Shown: piece by piece, positions 52,785-64,000 of the stretch
How the letters are laid out: every line of letters begins with the position of its first letter
Position numbering within the stretch: the first letter of the stretch is position 1
NCBI GenBank assembly: GCA_037379345.1
Contig: CM074525.1
Location: 18,092,618 to 18,156,617, forward strand
Length of the DNA stretch: 64,000 nt
Direction: 5' to 3'
From: Perna viridis
Lineage: Eukaryota
Translations under genes and position numbers: made by a program
The notes under the pieces: model-generated
Told to the model about the DNA's origin: nothing
Seen by the model: the letters and a program-made list of their open reading frames with translations, nothing else
Databases searched by the model: none

Positions 52785-52988
52785 CACAGGCAAATATTTT
52801 TCACGTGAAATTCATGTTAATCGAGCTTCACATGAAATTCATGTGAAATTAGCTAAACACGAACTTCATGTGAACATTTCGTGTGAATTTCACGTGAAGG
52901 CTCCATTCGCCCGAATTTCACGTGAACTCTGTCACTTAGTTTATTTACTCAATTCAGGTGAAAATCATGTGAAATAATTTTGCCTGTG
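52785..52988. mobile_element. CMC/EnSpm-like MITE with internal TTCACGTGAA/TTCATGTGAA palindromes
   Basis: TA|CACAGGCAAA...TTTGCCTGTG|TA; inserted in a HINE-type repeat unit. Confidence 0.7.
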
Positions 52989-53098
52989 TACCATGGTTTT
53001 ACGGAATTTGGCTGTTACCTGTAGGACTTGCAGACCAAATAGCAGTTTTTAACTCCTTTAAATTATACCTTGACAGTGGATTAAAAATAAAAAATGGA

Positions 53099-53172
53099 CA
53101 GCATTGTTCTACATGTATACTCCATCGGTATAATATTGCAGCATTGTTCTACATGTATACTCCATCGGTATA
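53099..53172. repeat. 40-bp tandem duplication
   Basis: CAGCATTGTTCTACATGTATACTCCATCGGTATA twice. Confidence 0.9.
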
Positions 53173-53263
53173 TTGACAATATCTAATAAGAGGTGCGGAC
53201 CATTTTCTGACGATGAAAGACGCTGGGTTTAATTGCTATGCAGGATATGAACCCGTCTAGTGT

Positions 53264-53414
53264 CAGTGGTAGATCCATGCCCCCCCCCTTTTTAGAAAAA
53301 AAATGTTGAAAAATTGCGTGTGTTAAATCATGAAAAACACTCACTTCGTAATCCTCACCGGTAATCCTGTCAAGAATTTTTTTTGCCCCCTATCTAAAAC
53401 TGTATCCGCCACTG
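53264..53414. mobile_element. CAG-ended MITE with 5-bp TSD AGTGT
   Basis: CAGTGGTAGAT...ATCCGCCACTG flanked by AGTGT on both sides. Confidence 0.65.
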
Positions 53415-54897
53415 AGTGTGTGTTTATAAACCAGTCAGGCTGGATATTTTAAAATGGAAGCAATTCATGAGGATAGGCGGGAAAATCATTGCATTTAGCT
53501 ATGTGGGATTAGTTATTGAAGGGTTTAGTTTACTTCAGATTTAAAGGCTAATATCTGAACATACCACCTTGAAGGTATAAAAGAGTGGAAGTTGAACATC
53601 GTACGTTTTACGTGTATGGTTATACATGTAAGTCGATCGTTAGAAAATTGAGGTTTTTGGCCAAGTTATCCGTCCCGGAAATGTCCCATTACAGTGCATT
53701 AAAATGGTATTGTGATATGGGAAGTGTTTCCCTTATTACTTAGTCCTGGTGGTACAAATAGTCCTACTTTGTAATATTGGTGTTTTTTTAGACTATTTAT
53801 CACTCACTGCCGCTTCTTACAGAAACTTGTGCTTTATAAATACACGTAAACTGCACACCAAGGAATAAATGCACCATGCAAGGGGAGAAAGTGAAGTCAC
53901 GATATATAGCAGAACAGAAAGGTTCCTATTATGTGAGGTAACTAAACAAACAACAAATAGAATATCAATTTTATTCAGGTCATGATTTTCCCAAAAAAAT
54001 CCTGACCTTCGCCACTTGACCTGTTTTTCTGTATCAGTTAGGCTAGCACCCTGATAAAAAATTCTGGAACCGCCTTGCAAACAGACTAGCTTAATGAAAC
54101 ATCGATTTTGTGTTCGGATTGCTTCTGTTTTTATTTTTATTTTTAGGTACAATGCAAACACTAAGCTTGATGATCTTCGTAACCAAATCTACACTACAAA
54201 AAGCACGCATAGAATTAAATAATTGAAATACAATGGATAGAGTGAAAAGTTACAAAATGTTTATACCAATCGCCCTCGAAGTCGGTTTTATTTATTGGAG
54301 TTTTCAACCTTGATTCGTGTCAAAAAGCTATAGACTATATTTTTCGTGCTTAGCTGGATAATTACAGAGAAAACTTCAGCCGACCCTGTTCATTATTAAT
54401 GAAGCAAGACCATAAATGCGGAAAACAAGAAGATATACACCCATTCGGAAATTCCCTTTCTATACGATAAAGCACGAGAGTCTTGCATATTTTATTAAAC
54501 CGCATGTATAACTATTGTGATTACAAAGAAAAGATTAATTAACCTAGAGCATTGTAAATTAGTAATGTATGGTGCTTTTTATCAATTTCATTACTACTTG
54601 GATCAGTCACTAGAGCTGAGAGAAAATTTTTTACAAGTCCATTCTGCGTGAGATTTAGTATTAGTTGAAAATAATACCGAAATATCGGAAAAGTTGTTTT
54701 TGAGAGCCCAGGGGCAGTTCTTGGATTTCAGTTTGAGGCGCAAGTACGTGTAATTTGAAAGCTCGTCCGGGGTAAGGCAGGATAATTTGTGAAAAACCAA
54801 GATTTCATGCAAAAATATCTTTTCTAATTTTTGGGAAGGGGTGCATGCTGGGTCGGCTCTCTATGAATCTATGCAATGAGCTGACACTTCGCAGTAA

Positions 54898-55026
54898 GGC
54901 ATCGACCATTTTATTAGCAGGAGGAGGACTTGATTCTTTTTGAAAAAAAATAAATGTTCCAAATTGTTTATCCATTGTTAAATATATAAAAGCTCCCTCC
55001 TTATCAGGATAAAAATGGTCGATGCC
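54898..55026. mobile_element. Small Harbinger-like MITE; related element at ~12047-12357
   Basis: TAA GGCATCGACCATTTT...AAAATGGTCGATGCC TTA. Confidence 0.65.
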
Positions 55027-55671
55027 TTACAAAGTTGCGAATTAGGTATTCCGTAGGAGGTGTTATACTTAGACAACATGCAAAAAGCGTCTAGTCAGTG
55101 GTATAAAAATTGCTAAAATCGGATACTGACGTAAACATTGAAACTTTTCGATTACTGTTATAGTATAACATCTATCATTATGACAAATCTCGATATACTA
55201 GTCGGGTAGTCGGGTTGCATATTTGATGCAGTGGGTGCAAGTTCATGTGCTCACTCCATGCAGCTTGCAACAGCCCGAGTCAGAATAAGGGCGATTTTTG
55301 CGCAATGAAAATGGCATTTGGATGCAAGATGTTAGAGTACGTAGAAACGGACTTCCAATCTCTCACAAAGTAGGAGTAATGCGTACGTCTGTGTGAAATA
55401 TTTGTCCATGCAACTGCGAAGGTCTGTAGAACAACTGAGACAGGCATTCCTCCTGCTATTCGTGAGAAAAAAGTGTTTTATTTAGACAAGACGTTTCACA
55501 GAATCTGCGGTAGTTGTTTGTCACTACATCCGGAATAAATCAAAATTGTCTGCATCATATAGTTTTCTGTCTAGGTCCAAAATCGTCGTAGTCGTTTTGG
55601 GTTTTTGTTTTTGTTTTTTTTTTTTTTTAAAGAATTAATTTTCATTTTGGTTTGTACTTTTTTGAAAGCTA

Positions 55672-56880
55672 ATTAGGTGTGTGCTTTATAGACGACCGCA
55701 CAAAATGAGGTCGTGTAATGGTATGACACCGTCGTCGTCGTCGCTGTCTTTTGTAGGCACTTGATTTTTGTTCGATAACATGAATTTTATTTGGTTGTTC
55801 TTTATAAAATTTTATAAAATGTCTCTAAACCGCAAAAGGAAGATTGGTATTGATTTTAGAAGTTATTGCTCAAACTTTTTTGGAATAGCATACAGACGTT
55901 TGTGATTTTACTCCAAAATATTCTATATCACAAAAGTCAGACTGGGGTTGATTCTAGAAGTTAAGACTTGCACCATTTGGGAATGAGTGGCCAGTAACGA
56001 ATATTTTACTGATGTCCAGACGATAACTTGAGAAAAGGTAATTGATTTTTTTTTATTTTACCACAGGGTTCCATACCATGAAAAGAAGGCTGGAATTAAT
56101 TTTAGGGGTTGTGACTAGAAAGGATTGGGAATTATGGGCCAAAAATCGAACAGAAACAAGCGTTTCCTGATCTGCATGTATACAAAATTTTTAAAAGTAC
56201 ACAACAAGATGCCATACCTCAAGCCCCGTGCAGGTTCGGGTGTCAAAAGAATAGGCCTACAGCAGCGCAAAGCTTGTCGTAAAAGGCGACTGAATAGTGC
56301 TCAGAACTCTAGCCGGGGGCTAGGGCGCTCTGCCCACAGAGCAACTGGGATGTGTGCCCCAGGTGGTGGAATGGGGTACCCCTGGCGTGTTATATGCTGG
56401 GGTTGTCAGGCTATAATACGGAAAACCTGACCGCAAACCATAGTGGTTCACCGTGTTGGGAAAGATGCCACTTTCCTCGCACGTTAAAGAATCCTACTGT
56501 GGTTTTCTCCCGGAGTAGGAACCATAGGGCTCCGCCACAGGGGGCTAAATTGCCCGGCCCTACCCACCTCTCCCTATTTCCAGTGGCAATCAAAATTTGT
56601 CGACCCCCATTGTCATTGTGTCCCATCCCTTTTTCATTTCATCATCATTTCATGTTCATTTTATCATCAATTTCATGTTCATCGTCTGAATATAGCTGAA
56701 TTATTGCTGCTCGGACGATAAACCCCAACAAAGAAACAAACCATATCTCAAAAAGACTTAGATTGATTGTTGGGATTGTGACTAGGGCCAATTAAGAATG
56801 AGCGACCACAAAAGGGGTCAGAAAGATTGGATGAAAACTTCAGTAAAATGGAATTGCTCTTTTCAAAATTCTTCCACGAA
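55672..56880 (+). mobile_element. HINE-like element with (GTC)n and degenerate tandem units, interrupted by a SINE-like insertion
   Basis: ACGACC..GGTCGT hairpin, CGTCGTCGTCGTCG, repeated (A)AAAGRAG..TGG..TTGATTTTAG unit that is also seen at ~52620-52780. Confidence 0.5.
56223..56740 (+). mobile_element. SINE-like non-autonomous retroposon with (CAAA)-type tail and 11-bp TSD
   Basis: CCATACCTCAA (56212-22) / CCATATCTCAA (56741-51); GC-rich body with GTCGTAAAAGGCGACT and CACGTTAAAGAATCC motifs. Confidence 0.7.
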
Positions 56881-59800
56881 GTACCACACCCCTAATGAAA
56901 GGCTGTGAAACTAGAACCATTTAGAAATCTGGCGCCAAAAAGGCTCGAATTCTTATCCTGTATCAAGATGTCTAACACAATAAAAACCAAGGCTGTATCA
57001 TGTTTGAATGATATGTCCATACGTTGCCCCCACGTTGGCCCCACTGATCAGAGTTCAGCCTCTGTGGTCGTATCAAACTGTGTTCCGTGAAGCATTTTAT
57101 TGACAACTGATTTGGTATGTACGTTTTTGACGGCTGATTTTAAACTTGCAGTAGTCCCGTTATCGTTGAATAATTTCAGGAAAAGCCCCGACGTTAATTA
57201 ATAAGGAAGCGTTTAACAGTAATGAGTTAAATCACCTTGACTAAGCAAAATATTGATAATTAGGACAGTGGCAGTACTGAGAATTAAAATCATTAATTGT
57301 TTAATTAATGCATGCCTTGTGTGCATGATTGGAATGAGGAAAAGGGAGTTACCGAATCCTAGCTTGTTAGAATGTGAATTGTATGAAGCTGATTATATTC
57401 GAAAAAGATACGGATGTGCATGGTTCTTTTTTCTAGAATCAGCTACTTTTACGTACTACCGTACAGGTGCGGGTTCAAAAGGGTTCCCTAAAAGTGGGAT
57501 TTTTTGGGGCATCAAATCTAGAATTTTCATAAATTCGACTAAAAATTTTTCTAGCCTCGATTCTTTCGATTTTTTTTTTATTTACGCCCCCTTACTTGAA
57601 ATCATTGATACGCCCCTACTTTTTCACTTAAAACATGTAGAACAAAGCTCTTATTTATGAAGTACAAAGTAAGCATTTTTTTCAGTGTCCAACGGAATGA
57701 AATGATTGTTTCTTTAAAACCGTTACTTAGTTATCCGATTAAAGCTATACAGTAAGTACAGTTGTCCCAATAATAAATGCCTCGTGGTGGAGATTTAGTT
57801 GTTTAAAATACATGTCCGTATCAGAACCAGATAGGAGGCATGCCTAATTCTAATCCGAGTTTTCCCTGACCATGCAACCCTCCTCTTTTTTATCTAGATA
57901 TGATGTTGGGTCAGTGCGATCGATTCAAGAAGTCAACAAAACGGGTCTCTAATATAAGAAGATCAGAAATGAGAAATTGAAAAGAAAAATGTGAGGTTTT
58001 TCCGACGCAGTCGATGTAGTTTCGTATCTTACCTTTTGACCTCAAAGACGCTCTTCTATGGAAACGCAAGTCATCTGATCGCAATTGTATAATTTTCCCG
58101 ATTGGGCAAAAACTGATAAATCAGTGGCCTTCGAGAAAACTGTATCGGAAATTGAAATAGCGTACTGACAGGCGTTATTTTCTTTAAAGAATTGTTGAAA
58201 ATTATAAATAAAAAGAATAAAGTCTACTGCGTCGGCTATCTTTTTTAAAGATAGTATTTGTTTTTGCAATGAACATGGTATCAGCATACAATAAGATGAA
58301 TCTGGTGTTGAACTATAGGTAGTTGTGACATGCACGATTTAAACCTGAAAGACATTAGAAGCGTTTGCAGTGCAGTTCTCTGCGAAACCGCTAAATCTCC
58401 ATAAATCTAACCACCAACCTGACATATCAATGATCCAAAGTTGCAGGGTCAATGCAAATTCGTTCTAGCTTAATTATGCGCAGTTTGAATTTTATTTAGA
58501 TGCATTTATCTTTGGTCAATTGCTTATTCTCTTGTGGTTCTCAAAAAAAAAATATTGCCATTCTCATGCATTTGCGTCTTGAAAGCTTGACTACCCGAGA
58601 AGATGATTTTTAAGGTGATACACCTAAAATTGTGAGCGGAGCTTTGTACTATTTTTTAATTATTGCTGTGCATTTCTACAAGCATCTCTACTTAGTCTAA
58701 TTTTTCTTTTATCAATGTACATACTGTTGTTGGTGGAGATTTAGTTGGTTTAAATTACAAGTCCATATCAGAACCAGACAGGATGTTTGCATTATTCTAA
58801 TCAGAGTTCTCCTACAAAACTCCTACTGGTTTCAAATTTGAAGTTATTTTGCCTGAATAGAACCAAACAGTGACTCTTTCATACTTACATCTTTATTATT
58901 TAAGTCTGCATGTCCCTCACTTTAACAGAGATGAACCACTCAGGTCGTTGGCTGCTACCAAATATACATATGCAGTGGATGAGGTTTCCATGTTTAAGTA
59001 GTGTTATCTCCATGGTCTTTTAATTTTCTTCCGTATTTTTACAGAAAAGCAAATCACGCTTACCCTACCGACGCACCTAGTAGGAATAAGCCCTGTGTTT
59101 GCAGCGCCATTTTACATCGTCAGTCATACTAAAAATTGTTTTCTAAGAGTTCATTTGATGAGTAAATGCTTAACACCAAGTTACGAAAATAAGGTAATAG
59201 GACTGAAATAATAATAAAAAAAAACCGTGAGCAAAATGCATTTGGTGATATCGATATCCCTGCTTCCTCCGTGGAAACCATATAGGAAACCCCAAAAGTT
59301 ATTTAGATCGACAAAAATAGAACGTATACACAATGTCATCATGTGACAAAGAATGTGTGTAAGTTTCAAATTTAGAGGAGTAGCGGATTAGAACTTGGGA
59401 TGAATGTCTGGCGGAAGAACAGACACCGTAATCATTATTCCAAGCGGGTGTACAAAAAGACACAAGAAAAATAGAAAATGAATTCGATGACATAAATGAG
59501 GGTCGATGAATAACGGCAATTAAAACACAACGTCATTTGGAATCATGAAAAGATAGGAGGTATACAATCTTGAAAAGGCGTACATGTAATCCACCAGGGT
59601 ACAATATATTAAATGGACTCTTTAATACATTAACTTTCGATACAATAACAATGCTACGATTGAACAACGGGCCAAATTATAAACAAGGGCGAGCAAGTCT
59701 GGCTGAAACCCTACTCAATTAAAATGATGAAGATGTACGTACAGCTTGTAACAATTTATTGGAGAAAAAGTACATATGTACTTTATTTTGGAAATCACAT

Positions 59801-62030
59801 CTCTCCGCTGGCACCGTAATCAACAACTCATATATGACCGATTCTGTATAAGAACTCGAGCTGGCATTGTTAAAAGTCAAGAACTACAGTAGTGTGAACT
59901 ACAATTACAAACTATTAGTTTTATGACAGCAATCTTTGTCTGTATTTCACGGCAAAGATTTGTTGAAGAAAATAGTAAGAATTGCGAAAAACTTTATGCA
60001 TCAAATTAGTAGAGAATCAAATTATTTATACACGCATGAGAATAACCTCCCATTCGCAGGATCCGGCCAGTTTTTTTTTGTGTTTTTGTTTGTTTGTTTT
60101 TGGTTTTTTAGGCGTACGCAGTATCAGTCCGATATTGCTCTGACGCCCGACGGCTGATTAACCAGACTAGCTGGAGCCGTGGTACGTCAGATCTTGTCCA
60201 TATTTATAAAAAAAAAACAAAAAAAAAAAAAAAAAAAACACGGGATTTGTCTGTAAAATCGAATTCTGTAAATCATAAGAAAGACAGTTATTTGTTGTTA
60301 CATGTACATCAGACAACACTACTGGCATGTTTTTCACACTACATGAAAATTGCACATTACTTATTTTTTTCAATTTCATATTTGACTCCGTGAATTCGAA
60401 CTTCATAAAGTTCAAATTCACGATATTTTTATTCAACTTCCTTTCGCAAAACATCAATAACTGCAGAAAAATCAATACATAATATTGTTGATAGTATAAA
60501 CTTTCATTATTATACCTAGTTTTAACTTTTTTAGAGCCAAATAGTCTCCGGGTGATGCGCATCAAAATTGGTGCGCTAAATCTCGTGTTTTGATATTGGA
60601 CAAGCACTGATGTCCCACGGCCCAGCTTGTTTGACAAATCATCCGTTGGACGTCATAGCAATCTCAGACTATATATACTCCCATGTGCGAGTACCGGACG
60701 CAAGAGCGGACTATTGTACGCTGGAGTCCAAATTTTAGGCCGTAGGCAGGACTCGTCGTAATTTTTACAGCGTTCGCTGCACTCAAGGGGGAGGGGTCAC
60801 AAACCCTTGGAAGTACCTCTGCGTGGTCAGAAAGTATCTTTAGTTATATACATGTTTTATATTCACTATGTGACTCTCAGTCTTACGTTATATCACAGGG
60901 ACTTGCCCCATTATTAAATATGCTGCACAACTAGTATATAAACACTAGATGTCATTATATATTAAAGTTTCATCGGCGGATCCGTGGGAATTTGCAAATT
61001 CGTTTGATTTTTTTTTCAAAATATGCATTTCGTGTTATATTTGGGCACATATATTTTTTTACCTATTCTATTCTGTGTCGCCGTGTATAGACCTAATTTT
61101 TTAGTTGAAATTTGAGGTAATAGCCAATAGAGGTGTACCTTGATTAAGTCCCGCTTCATTCCCGTGCATGCCTAGATCATTGCCTGATTTCAGTTACTCT
61201 TTTATGTTCAATATTTCAAGTGGTTTGTGTTTGTTATATATTTTACGTGAATGTATACAAATGCATAAAAATAATATCAAGGGTTTTAATTAAAATTGCA
61301 CCCTTGCTTATTTTATTTGCGAATAATTCAGAATTCATAGCAATTTTCCTAGGTAAAAGTATTGATTCAAAGCACAGTTAAAACTACAAAAGATAATTTA
61401 GTGAGATAAACTACACGTATTAAATAAAAAAGAAATGGTCTTTTAAATTAGATTTTAAATTGAAATAAAAATAATTATAATATTAATGTTAAATAGCGTG
61501 GACACAATTAGTTAAGTGCGCGTTTCAATGGGGACTTTGTGTATGCTCTTTTAAAATTTCATTAATATTTTCAAAGTATAGAACTTTAAAATTGTTTTGG
61601 TCTTGTAGTTGTAATATTGACACCTCCTACACTTTTATCGTAGTGTTGTAAAAGTGGCGTTGCAAGTTCGCTCGCTTTCCGTGTTTTAGTGGGACGGGGT
61701 TGAAGTCACTCTACAATTTAAGAGGTTGGAAACCCCAATGGAATCCAGGAACGGATCCAGAAATAAGAGGGGGAGTTCAGACCCAGACATTTAAATAAAA
61801 AAGATTGTTTCAAGCTATCATTTGCCCGTATTGTCCAATATTTGTAATAAATTAAACAAATGAACAAAATTTTCCATAAATGTATTGGCCAACACCCAGA
61901 ACTTTCCGCCTGTATAGTTTTTGGGTTGGTCAGGTCATTTTATTTTGGGCATATATTTCCTCGGAATATAGGGGTTCAATAATTAGGGTTTTAGATATTT
62001 TCTCTGAATTACACTATGTAAACATATATA

Positions 62031-62395
62031 GTAGGGTGGACAGGGGGTGGGGATACGGGGGTTAAGGGGGGCGGGAATCGCTGGTTGAAGGGGTGGGGAA
62101 CGATGGTGGAGGGAACGGAGAACGGTGGTTGAAGGGGTGGGGAACGGTGGTTGAAGGGATGGGGAACGGTGGTGGACGGAACGGAGAACGGTGGTTGAAG
62201 GGGTGGGGAACGGTGGTGGAGGGAACGGGGAACGGTGGTTGAAGGGGTTGAAATACAAATACCGGTACCGGGAATTATGGTTTGGAACAATAATCGGGGG
62301 TAAAATGAAAAGGGTCGGGAATCACTGGTCAGGAGGGTAGCAAGCAGTGGTCTAGGGGAGGGAAGCGGGAATAAGTGTCTCCCTGTCCACTCCTC
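62031..62395. mobile_element. TIR element with a G-rich minisatellite (GGAACGGTGGTTGAAGGGGTGG units)
   Basis: GTGGACAGGG / CCCTGTCCAC inverted ends in ATAT context. Confidence 0.55.
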
Positions 62396-63351
62396 ATATA
62401 TGTGTAGGACCTGTATTAAAGGGTGAAAATTGCATATAAATTAACATAATTTTACAAAATACTTGTGCGTTTTAATTTCATTTAAGAAATAACATAAAAA
62501 ATGTTTTAACCAAAATTTGTTTTTTAAGTCCTAAATATAGTGTTTCATGTTGGCTTGAAAACCACATAAAAATTATTTACTGTGTAGGGAAGCTTTATGA
62601 TTTCACCGATTTTACAGAATCTGTCATCTTTTCAATGATTTTGTTGTACTTTGAACATACCTAACTCTTTTGTTGTTTTTTTTTAATAAAACGAACAATC
62701 ACATTCATTTACAATTTGATTCGTCATATATATTTCCCGGTTTACTTTATCCGAGAGACCCACATGGTAATGAGATATCACTCTAACTATTGCTTAATTT
62801 GGCATGGTTTCTTGCTCCGTCGCTCACTTTCTCTGGGTCATAACACTCACTATCAGAGAACTCAAACTAGCGCCAGGCAATGTGGCTTTTGACGTCTCTT
62901 ATCACATAATCTTTTGTTTGGCGTTACGCCTGTTTGAAACAGAGTTATCTTATCTGTATTTTCTCTGTTTCCCTTTTATTTTTAAACTTTCAAAGTTGTT
63001 CTTTTTTACAAAACGACGTTCCGAGTCTATAGTTTTCAATTAAACGTTTTACACGTAAAAGTATTTAATGAACGAAAACTCAAGGTTAATTTATCTATGA
63101 CATTCATCGTGTAACAATGCAGCACGCTTTTGCCAATTTCTAAATGGTACGAGCATACAAGGGGCATTCAAATGTCACGAAGCTTTTGTTCAACTGTATG
63201 CATCATTGCTAAACAATATCCTTTCTTCGTTCTTTGCTTTTGTTTTTTCGATGGATTTTATCGAAACTTTGTACTAACTTACCTTCTTGTGGAAAGGGTG
63301 TCAGTGACACATGGGTCTGTTAAATATGGGATGATCGTCTGATTTATAATA

Positions 63352-63486
63352 NNNNNNNNNNNNNNNNNNNNNNNNNNNNNNNNNNNNNNNNNNNNNNNNN
63401 NNNNNNNNNNNNNNNNNNNNNNNNNNNNNNNNNNNNNNNNNNNNNNNNNNNNNNNNNNNNNNNNNNNNNNNNNNNNNNNNNNNNNN
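63352..63486. other. Assembly gap (135 N)
   Basis: Run of n. Confidence 1.
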
Positions 63487-64000
63487 AGTGTGTATAAATG
63501 CAAAACTTGGTAATTAAACTTTTCATGATTCTGACAAAATGGCAAAGGCAAACATATGGTAAGCGAAAAGGCTGTGTCCGCTCCTCTTCGTCTGTAATCA
63601 AAATTGTATAGTATAACAATTGCCTCCCCAAACCCCATCACTGCTGACATCAAAACGCAATTGATTCCCTTCCCCGTTTAATATTTTTATATTGACTTTG
63701 CTCCTAAATGCTGTTCAACGGGCATCAGCATTGACACATTCTGTTGTTTTCGGTGTTGCACGTCGGCCGAGTACGTATCCTCATCCAATCCGAACACCAC
63801 ACGGTCTTTTCCGTGGAATTTTTCCCTTGAAAGGTCGAGTGATATTCTGATGGAGGAAAAGTAAATTTGACTTATTATAGTTCGGATATACATTTATCAT
63901 GCATAACTTCAAAACAATCTTTGAACTTCTTTCCCTCCATACAGATTCGTAGGGTAAAAGTATATCCCTTTATACAGCAATCCAAACAACGGTAATTTCT

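Noticed and set aside
57047-57200. Protein-looking minus-strand frame (LKLFNDNGTTASLK...TEAEL*)
   Set aside because: In-frame stop just upstream, with no acceptor or suitable ATG
58042-58335. 97-aa ORF as a protein-coding exon
   Set aside because: GTG start, stops between the flanking splice sites in all frames, no recognisable domain
61983-62290. Pro-rich repetitive ORFs
   Set aside because: Translation of the G-rich minisatellite
63687-63893. 68-aa minus-strand ORF near the window end
   Set aside because: No recognisable family or splice support; next to a gap and the window edge
50801-64000. MNS1 or NEDD4, the recalled vertebrate neighbours of TEX9/RFX7
   Set aside because: No recognisable exons seen here or in 1-12 kb; synteny is supported only for the RFX7-TEX9 pair

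Overview
AT-rich eukaryotic (animal) genomic DNA, probably a bivalve mollusc (inferred from the repeat families); it is not prokaryotic, so most short ORFs in the track are noise. The window holds two spliced genes arranged head-to-head. On the minus strand is an RFX7/RFX5-type winged-helix transcription factor: 8 coding exons, 28370->12480, ~2038 aa, with a 5.25-kb last exon and a minor-spliceosome AT-AC intron at the end of the DNA-binding domain. On the plus strand is TEX9: 11 coding exons, 36047->50800, ~414 aa. As I recall, human RFX7 and TEX9 are paired the same way. Between the two starts lies a 3.1-kb TIR-bounded, TSD-flanked Mutator-like element encoding a decayed PHD finger + vertnin-like OTU protease + truncated transposase. 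The rest is repeats: a decayed Penelope-like retroelement with dispersed 3' ends, Kolobok-, Harbinger-, Tc1/mariner-, CMC- and hAT-like MITEs (some nested), Helentron-type HINEs, a SINE-like element and minisatellites. There is also a 135-N gap. No database searches were run; homology calls rest on recalled family sequences and manual splice-phase checks.
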